64,000 nucleotides of DNA from a bacterium (GTDB taxonomy: Bacteria; Patescibacteriota; Patescibacteriia; Patescibacteriales; GWC2-42-12). A model generated the notes under the pieces. It saw only the letters and a program-made list of their open reading frames with translations. It was not told the origin of the DNA and made no database searches. Position 1 is the stretch's first letter. The number at the start of each line of letters is the position of its first letter. A program made the translations under genes and the position numbers. The stretch lies in the NCBI GenBank assembly GCA_030650415.1, contig JAUSEG010000005.1:23333-87332 (forward strand). The letters run 5' to 3'. This document shows, in pieces, positions 57,488 to 64,000 of this stretch.

Positions 57488-59014
57488 TTAATTCAATACC
57501 CTGGCAGTCAAATATTCAACCGGCGAATAGTTATCGGTTAGCTTTGTATATAAATTAAAATCAATCTTGCTTAAATCAACTAATTTGCTCTCTGCCCCGC
57601 TAATGATTTTATCCTCATTTTCCGTAACAAATTTATCGCTAAAATCTATATTACGGTCATTATTCAAGCCGACAAAAATAATATTTTGTGTCCGTTTCGG
57701 GTCGGGAGAATTAACCGCGAAAAAATAACTCCTGGGAAAAACCGCCCTTAAGGTTTTCATTTCGGAGAAAATCAATGACGGCGGCCGGCTGTCTAAATTA
57801 CCGATTAAATTAGCCATAAATACGCCGTTGCCGCTCAATCGGCTTTTAGCCAATTTAAAAAATTCTTCGGTGGTAAAATGAACCGGCAAAGAATAAAGAG
57901 AATAATAAACATCGCTAAAAATCAAATCATACTCTTTCTCGGTTTGCTTAAGCCAGCGCCGGCCATCAATAATCTGATTTTTAAGCCGGCCGTCTAGAGG
58001 TACGCGAAAATATTTTTTCCCCAGTTCATAAAGCGACGGTTCAATTTCGGCTACGTCCACAATCTCTAGCGACGGTTCACTAAGCAGCGCCTTAGGAATT
58101 GAATAAGCGCCGCCGCCGATCACCAGAGCCTGCTTCATCTCGGGATTGAATATTTTATAAAGACTATAATATTTTGTATAATCAAAAACCAAGTCTTCGG
58201 AGTCTAAATACATGGCGCCGGAATTGCTTCTATCTTGCTGAAAAAATCTAGTCGGCCGGCCTTTATACTGCCGATCAAAAACAAATAATTTTTCATAAAC
58301 GCCGTCGCGAGAATAAATAAAATTATTTGAATCAATCCGCCGGCTGGCGGACAAAACGAAAAACTCGCCCACGACAAAAATTGCTATTAAAAAAACCGAA
58401 AAAAAATACTTAATTTTAATGCCATTTTTCAAAAACGATAATAAACCGGCTAATGTAAGCAGAACACCGGTGCCAATAATAATCTTATCCACACCAAAGC
58501 TTGGAATAAAAATAAAGCCGGTTAAGAGACTGCCGGCGATACTGCCAAAAGTCGACCAAAAAAATATGGTTCCGCTTATCGCGCCAATACCCTCTTCGGG
58601 GAAGGCTTGACTTTGCAACTTAATGGCATAAGGCGAGAGCATGCCGAGCAGAAGCGCTGGCAAAAAAAATAAAATTGAAGTTGCAATTAGCGGTCCGTAA
58701 ATTAACGACAGCAAATCGCCTAAAATCGGCAATAAAAAAATGATAATCGCTTCCAAGCCGATTACGGTTAAGCCGCTAATTAAAATAATGGCGTAAAACC
58801 AAGCCTCTTTCGGACGCTTATCCGCCAGCCGGCCGCCAAAATAATAACCCAGGCTTAGAGCCGCCAATATTACTCCAAGTATACTGGAAACGGTATAAAT
58901 AGTGTTGCCAAAATAAGGGGATAAAACCCGGGTGGCTATAACTTCCAGAACCAAGACGCAGCCGCCGGTAATAAATACCACGCCTGGCAAAATTATTTTT
59001 TTTAATTTTATCAT
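57488..59014 (-). CDS. Fused MFS-like/spermidine synthase-like methyltransferase
   Basis: LE....R...P.FG, ST.GSI.G, LVIGGGAY, AEIEP, DGR and TDNYSP motifs. Confidence 0.88.
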   Translation of the reverse strand: MIKLKKIILPGVVFITGGCVLVLEVIATRVLSPYFGNTIYTVSSILGVILAALSLGYYFGGRLADKRPKEAWFYAIILISGLTVIGLEAIIIFLLPILGDLLSLIYGPLIATSILFFLPALLLGMLSPYAIKLQSQAFPEEGIGAISGTIFFWSTFGSIAGSLLTGFIFIPSFGVDKIIIGTGVLLTLAGLLSFLKNGIKIKYFFSVFLIAIFVVGEFFVLSASRRIDSNNFIYSRDGVYEKLFVFDRQYKGRPTRFFQQDRSNSGAMYLDSEDLVFDYTKYYSLYKIFNPEMKQALVIGGGAYSIPKALLSEPSLEIVDVAEIEPSLYELGKKYFRVPLDGRLKNQIIDGRRWLKQTEKEYDLIFSDVYYSLYSLPVHFTTEEFFKLAKSRLSGNGVFMANLIGNLDSRPPSLIFSEMKTLRAVFPRSYFFAVNSPDPKRTQNIIFVGLNNDRNIDFSDKFVTENEDKIISGAESKLVDLSKIDFNLYTKLTDNYSPVEYLTARVLN

Positions 59015-59044
59015 AAAAATTAAAGCAATTAGCCTTAAAACTAA

Positions 59045-60103
59045 TTAGCTCGCGTTTTCTTTTTTCGTAAAATAATAATAAATATCCAGTAGAGCGAAAA
59101 GCAGGCTTAAAATAATCGGACCGAGCAACACGCCGATCACGCCGAAAAAGGAAATACCGCCTAAGAGCGAAAGCAGCACGAGCAAAGGATGCAGTTCGGT
59201 GCTCCGGCCGATAAGTTTTGGCGCCAGCAGATTATCAATCAAGCCGACGGCCAGAACATCCCAAATTAATAAACCGGCGGCGGAAAAAGGTTGACCGCCG
59301 ATAAAGAGCAAAATAATCGCCGGCACGAAGATTAGCGACGTGCCAAGGGTGGGAATTAAGGAAGTTATCGCCGCGGCCGTGCCCCAGAGAATATAATTTG
59401 GTACGCCAAAAATCGCAAAGCCGATCGAGGTTAACGTTCCTTGAATTAAAGCGATCACAAAATAACCTTTAACCACCGAACTCATCGCTAGGCCAAGCTT
59501 ATTAATTATCATCTCGTCGTCAGCGTCGTTAAGCGGACTTAAGCAAATAATTTTTTTTCTTAAACTGCCTCCGTCAATCAATAAATAAAAAAGAGAAATT
59601 AAAAACAAAAATGCCGTTAAAACCATGCTGGCGAAGTTGGAAAAAATCGCGCCGAGATGATTAAGCATCCAGCTTAAGCCCTGTTTTAAATACAATTCAA
59701 AATCCAAAGAAAATTCCGGCGAGTTGGGAAAACGCTGATGAATATCGCCGGCCAGCTGGTTTAAGGATCTTAGGATGGTATCTTTAGCGCCGTCGGCCGC
59801 CAAGCTGATATACAAATTTTTGGCTTCTTTTAGTATCTGAACTCCCAAAAACATTAAAGGCGTAAAAATTAAAATAACGATTATAATTATGGTAATAAAA
59901 GAAGCTACCGCTTCAAACTTAAAAGTATATTTTAATATTTTACGGTAGAGGGGCTGAAATAAAACGGCGAAAACCATAGCTAAAGTGAAAGCAAAAAGAA
60001 ACGGCCGAAGAATAAAAAAAGATAAGACAAAAGTTATGGCCAGCAGAATCAACAAAAAATAAAACTGCGGTTTTTGATTGCCGGCGCCATTGGAAATTTT
60101 CAT
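59045..60103 (-). CDS. AI-2E family transporter
   Basis: FYLL.DG, IQG, IP.LGT, IDN.L.P and HP motifs. Confidence 0.9.
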   Translation of the reverse strand: MKISNGAGNQKPQFYFLLILLAITFVLSFFILRPFLFAFTLAMVFAVLFQPLYRKILKYTFKFEAVASFITIIIIVILIFTPLMFLGVQILKEAKNLYISLAADGAKDTILRSLNQLAGDIHQRFPNSPEFSLDFELYLKQGLSWMLNHLGAIFSNFASMVLTAFLFLISLFYLLIDGGSLRKKIICLSPLNDADDEMIINKLGLAMSSVVKGYFVIALIQGTLTSIGFAIFGVPNYILWGTAAAITSLIPTLGTSLIFVPAIILLFIGGQPFSAAGLLIWDVLAVGLIDNLLAPKLIGRSTELHPLLVLLSLLGGISFFGVIGVLLGPIILSLLFALLDIYYYFTKKENAS

Positions 60104-60117
60104 AATTTTATAATTAA

Positions 60118-62796
60118 TTATTTATTATTTAATTTTCTTCTAAATAAAAATTTTCTGATTTCTTCCACAAAAATAATGCTGGAGGCCACTGAAATGATAA
60201 CCAGCCAATCAGTTAAGTTAAGCGGCACGGTATGAAGAAACCTTTGCATAAACGGATTGTAGACGGCTAAGAATTGCAAAGCGATAACGATAAAAGTGGC
60301 GCCGACTAAAAATTTATTAGAAAAAGGGTTCATTTGCAAGAGTGATTTTTTTTCCGAACGGCAGTTCCAGGCGTTAAGCCATTGAAAAACCGCTAAAGTC
60401 GTAAGCGAAATCGTCCAAGCCTTATTTATGTCATCGCCGAGATATTTTTCAAAAAGATACATTGTGCCGATAGCCATGGGCAAGGCCATTAAAATCATTC
60501 TCTTGCCCATCAGCTTATCAACTACAAACTTTTTCGGCGGTTCAAAATTACCGGCTAATAATTTTTTTTCTTTTGGCTCCATGGCTAAAGCCACATCGAG
60601 AAAGCCATCGGTCACAAAATTAAGCCAAATAATCTGCGCCGGCAGAATCGGCAGAGGCAGACCGATAACCAAGGCGCCGGTAATCGTTAAGGCCTCGCCC
60701 ACGCTGGTTGAAAAAAGATAGAGAATCACTCTTTTTATGGTTCTATAAATATGTCTGCCCTCTTCCACGGCGGCCGGCAGTTGGCCAAAATTATCATCAA
60801 GCAAGACTATATCGGCCGCCTCTTTGGCAACTTCGGTGCCGATCTTTCCCATGGCGATGCCAAGATCGGCGGCCACTAAGGATGGCGCGTCATTAACCCC
60901 GTCGCCGGTCATAGCCACAATCTCTCCGCGCGCTTTATAGGCTTTAATAATTCTTAATTTATGTTCCGGCGTAACTCGAGCGAAAACCGACGTCCAATCA
61001 ACTTTATCAGCCAGCATCTCGTCAGACATCAAATCAATTTCCGGGCCGGTAAGCGTCTGATCGCCAGGGCTGTAAATTCCCGCTTGCTCCGCTATAGCCT
61101 CGGCCGTATTCTTATGGTCGCCGGTTATCATTACTACCCTGATATTCGCTTGCCTAATTTTAGCAATCGCCTTAGCGACTTCCGGACGAAGCGAATCTCT
61201 CATGCCGATAAAACCGACAAAAGTTAAATCGCTGACATCTTCGGCTTTTGCAATTTTTTCCGCTTGGCGATTTTCCGCCAGCGCCACGACTCGCAAACCG
61301 TTTCTCGACATTTCCAAAAAAATCAATTCCAATTTTTTCTTTTCTTCAGCCGTTAACGGCTGGCTGCGCCCATTGCGCCAAATTTTCCGGCACAGCCCCA
61401 AAATTACTTCGGGCGCGCCGGCGACCGCCAGAAATTCTCGACCGGCGACTCGATGAATAGTAGCATGATATTTAAGCTTATAATCAAAAGGAATGTCAAT
61501 TAACAGCGGTTCAATCTTCTCTAAGCGATCTTTTTCCAGACCAAATTTTTGCGCCATAACCTGCATGGCCGCTTCAGTCGGATCGCCGGCTACCCGCCAG
61601 CGCTGAGTTTCTTCTAAAAACACTATCCGCGCGTTAGCGCTAAAGGCCGCGATTTTTCCAACCAATAAAAGCTCGGGGTGATTATTTAAATTAACCGGCT
61701 GATCGTTAAGTCGAACCGCGCCCCGGTAATCATAGCCATTGCCCTCAACTTCAAAAAATTTCTCTTCAGCATAAATTTTTTGAATTACCATTTCATTCTT
61801 GGTAATAGTGCCGGTTTTATCCACGGCGATTACGCGCGCCTGTCCCAGAGCTTCTACGGCCTGCAGTTTTTTTACCAAAACATTCTGCCGGCTCATCCGC
61901 CAGACTCCGCCGGCCAAGACCAAGGTTATAACGATCGGCAAACCTTCGGGAATTATGGAAACGGCCAGCGATACTACGGTGGCAAACATCACCGAAACCG
62001 GGTTGCCCAAGGCTATGCCGAGCAAAAATAATAAACCGCTTACGCAACCGACAGCTATAATAATTAAACGAGAAAGATAACGAATATTAGCCTTAAAAGG
62101 CATTTCCGTATCAATCGCTTCAATTTCTTTAGCAATCTGGCCGATCGCCGTTTTAAGGCCGGTCGCTACCGCTACGGCCCGGCCATTACCGGATAGAACA
62201 TAGGCGCCCTTAAATACCAGATTTTTTCTCCCGGACATGGGCAGATTTTCTTCCTTTAAAACTTCGGCAATCTTATGCGCCGGCTCTGATTCGCCGGTCA
62301 GCATAGCTTCGTCAATCTTTAAGCTGTATGATAAAATGATGCGCGCGTCGGCAGGAATTTTTTCCCCTTCTTGCAAAATTATTATATCTCCAGGTACGAT
62401 TTCCGCGTCGGGAATAATCAGCTCCTGCCCCTCGCGCAAAACCGTGGCGCTGGTTTCAACAAATTTCTTAAGAGATAGCAGAGTATTCTGCGCCCGGCCT
62501 TCTTGAATAGTTCCGACTGCGGCGTTAAATAATAGAACCGCCAAAATAATTAAGCTGTCAACGGTTTCTCCGGTAAAAAAAACTATTAAACTGGCAGCGA
62601 TAAGAATATAGATTAAAGGGCTTTGAAATTGGCGTAAAAAAATAATCGCCAGATTGTCTGCTTTGGATTCAAGCAACCGGTTAGGACCGTATTTTTTAAG
62701 CCGCTCGGACGCCTCCTTAGCGCTCAAACCGGCTTCGCCGGCGCGCAAGAGCTTAAGCGTTTCCTCGGCTGATTTTAAATGCCAGTTATTTTCCAT
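60118..62796 (-). CDS. Cation-transporting P-type ATPase (type IIA, Ca2+-like)
   Basis: TGES, PEGL, DKTGT and TGDGVNDAP motifs. Confidence 0.96.
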   Translation of the reverse strand: MENNWHLKSAEETLKLLRAGEAGLSAKEASERLKKYGPNRLLESKADNLAIIFLRQFQSPLIYILIAASLIVFFTGETVDSLIILAVLLFNAAVGTIQEGRAQNTLLSLKKFVETSATVLREGQELIIPDAEIVPGDIIILQEGEKIPADARIILSYSLKIDEAMLTGESEPAHKIAEVLKEENLPMSGRKNLVFKGAYVLSGNGRAVAVATGLKTAIGQIAKEIEAIDTEMPFKANIRYLSRLIIIAVGCVSGLLFLLGIALGNPVSVMFATVVSLAVSIIPEGLPIVITLVLAGGVWRMSRQNVLVKKLQAVEALGQARVIAVDKTGTITKNEMVIQKIYAEEKFFEVEGNGYDYRGAVRLNDQPVNLNNHPELLLVGKIAAFSANARIVFLEETQRWRVAGDPTEAAMQVMAQKFGLEKDRLEKIEPLLIDIPFDYKLKYHATIHRVAGREFLAVAGAPEVILGLCRKIWRNGRSQPLTAEEKKKLELIFLEMSRNGLRVVALAENRQAEKIAKAEDVSDLTFVGFIGMRDSLRPEVAKAIAKIRQANIRVVMITGDHKNTAEAIAEQAGIYSPGDQTLTGPEIDLMSDEMLADKVDWTSVFARVTPEHKLRIIKAYKARGEIVAMTGDGVNDAPSLVAADLGIAMGKIGTEVAKEAADIVLLDDNFGQLPAAVEEGRHIYRTIKRVILYLFSTSVGEALTITGALVIGLPLPILPAQIIWLNFVTDGFLDVALAMEPKEKKLLAGNFEPPKKFVVDKLMGKRMILMALPMAIGTMYLFEKYLGDDINKAWTISLTTLAVFQWLNAWNCRSEKKSLLQMNPFSNKFLVGATFIVIALQFLAVYNPFMQRFLHTVPLNLTDWLVIISVASSIIFVEEIRKFLFRRKLNNK

Positions 62797-62935
62797 CGGT
62801 TGATAGTTCTTTTAACATGTAATATAATAAAATAATATAATAACCTCTCCGCGAGCTTGTTTATAAGCTTCGGCCTAGCTGATTATATTTTACCAGAAAG
62901 CCATTAACTCGTAAATGCCAAAAATCTCTAACTCT

Positions 62936-64000
62936 ATGAAAAATCTGATTAATCGGGAACGAACCGCTCTGCTAAAATACGACATCCGCGCCTTAGTCGT
63001 CATCGCGGAAAAATTAAAAGCGCTGGGCATTAATATTTGGGCCTGGGAAAATATCGGCGACCCGATAAAACAGGGGCATATCGCGCCCGCCTGGATGAAG
63101 GAGATAATTAAAAAAACCGCGGAAAAAAATTCCAACTATGGCTACTCGCCGACCGAGGGTCTCTTAGAAGCGCGCGAGTTTATCGCTAGGGAAGAAAATA
63201 TAAAAAGCCTGCCCCTAAAAAAAGAGGACGTGGTTTTCGCGAGCGGCCTGGGCCATGCCATTAACATGCTCTACCAGAGCCTCCTGGGCGGCGGCCGGCG
63301 CGTTATCCATCCCGCGCCAACTTACCCGGCCCATTCCTCGAGCGAAGCTTTCTTCGCCGGCGCGGCGCCGCTTTTTTACTCGTGCCGAGCGGAAAATAAT
63401 TGGCAGCCGGATTTAAACGACTTGGAAGAAAAAATCATTAAGCATCCGGAAATAAGTTTTATTCTAACCATTTTTCCCAATAACCCAACCGGCGTCTGCT
63501 ATAGCGATGAAATTTTACGGGGCATCGCTCGCCTCGCCCGCCGCTACGATCTGGGCATAATTTCCGATGAAACCTACCTGCGCCTGCTCTATAAAAATCA
63601 AACTCAAACCGGCATGGCTAAAATCATGCTGGAAGAAAAACCCTTTCCTTTGATTGTCATGAGGAGCATGTCTAAAGATATTCCCTGGCCGGGCGGACGC
63701 TCCGGCTGGCTGGAATTTTACAATCTCGGCCAAGATAAAAATTTTTCGGAGCTTGAAGAAACAGTAAAGCAGGGCCTGCGAGTGCAAGTTTGTTCAACTA
63801 CTATGATTCAAGACGCTCTGCCTTTAATTTACGGCGACCCGCGCTACCGGGAACACTTACAGAATTTTATTGAAAAACTTGAAGAACAAAGCCAATATAT
63901 TTCCACTTTATTGAACACTATTAAAGGAATATCATGCGTGCCCGGCCAAGGCGCTTTTTATCTGGCCGCGGTTTTTAAAGACGGAGTTTTAAAACCGCGT
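62936..64000 (+). CDS. PLP-dependent aminotransferase class I/II (runs off window end; not in ORF track)
   Basis: ENIGDP, YGYSPTEG, PNNPTG, SDETY and SMSK..PWPGGRSGW; alternative start at 62915. Confidence 0.9.
   Translation, partial: MKNLINRERTALLKYDIRALVVIAEKLKALGINIWAWENIGDPIKQGHIAPAWMKEIIKKTAEKNSNYGYSPTEGLLEAREFIAREENIKSLPLKKEDVVFASGLGHAINMLYQSLLGGGRRVIHPAPTYPAHSSSEAFFAGAAPLFYSCRAENNWQPDLNDLEEKIIKHPEISFILTIFPNNPTGVCYSDEILRGIARLARRYDLGIISDETYLRLLYKNQTQTGMAKIMLEEKPFPLIVMRSMSKDIPWPGGRSGWLEFYNLGQDKNFSELEETVKQGLRVQVCSTTMIQDALPLIYGDPRYREHLQNFIEKLEEQSQYISTLLNTIKGISCVPGQGAFYLAAVFKDGVLKPR

Overview
AT-rich bacterial chromosome segment, genetic code 11, with most genes on the minus strand. It looks like Patescibacteria/CPR (Parcubacteria-like); this is an inference from the missing rpmD (L30) between rpsE and rplO and from CPR-type surface proteins. 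Contents in order: cell-surface glycosylation genes, a large S-layer-like gene, an ECF sigma/anti-sigma pair, secreted proteins, hup, tRNA-Trp, desulfoferrodoxin, tRNA-Tyr, tRNA-Thr, fba, tpiA, scpAB, aspS, recO, yqgF, map, adk, secY, the spc/S10/str ribosomal cluster with tuf and fusA, rpmB, transporters and a partial aminotransferase. Three things stand out. (1) tRNA-Thr(GGU) is split at 36/37 by a 199-nt ORF-less group I intron, and directly upstream lies a free-standing LAGLIDADG-like gene bounded by a degenerate copy of the tRNA 5' end. (2) The window is dense with non-autonomous palindromic elements (TGTCAT...ATGACA, ACCCCGT...ACGGGGT, 16-32 bp mini-hairpins, inverted heptamer arrays) that nest in one another, swap internal hairpins and insert in frame into proteins, including ribosomal proteins. 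(3) In two places these elements bracket orphan genes inside ribosomal operons. No CRISPR array, rRNA or transposase was seen. All calls come from reading the sequence; no searches were run.
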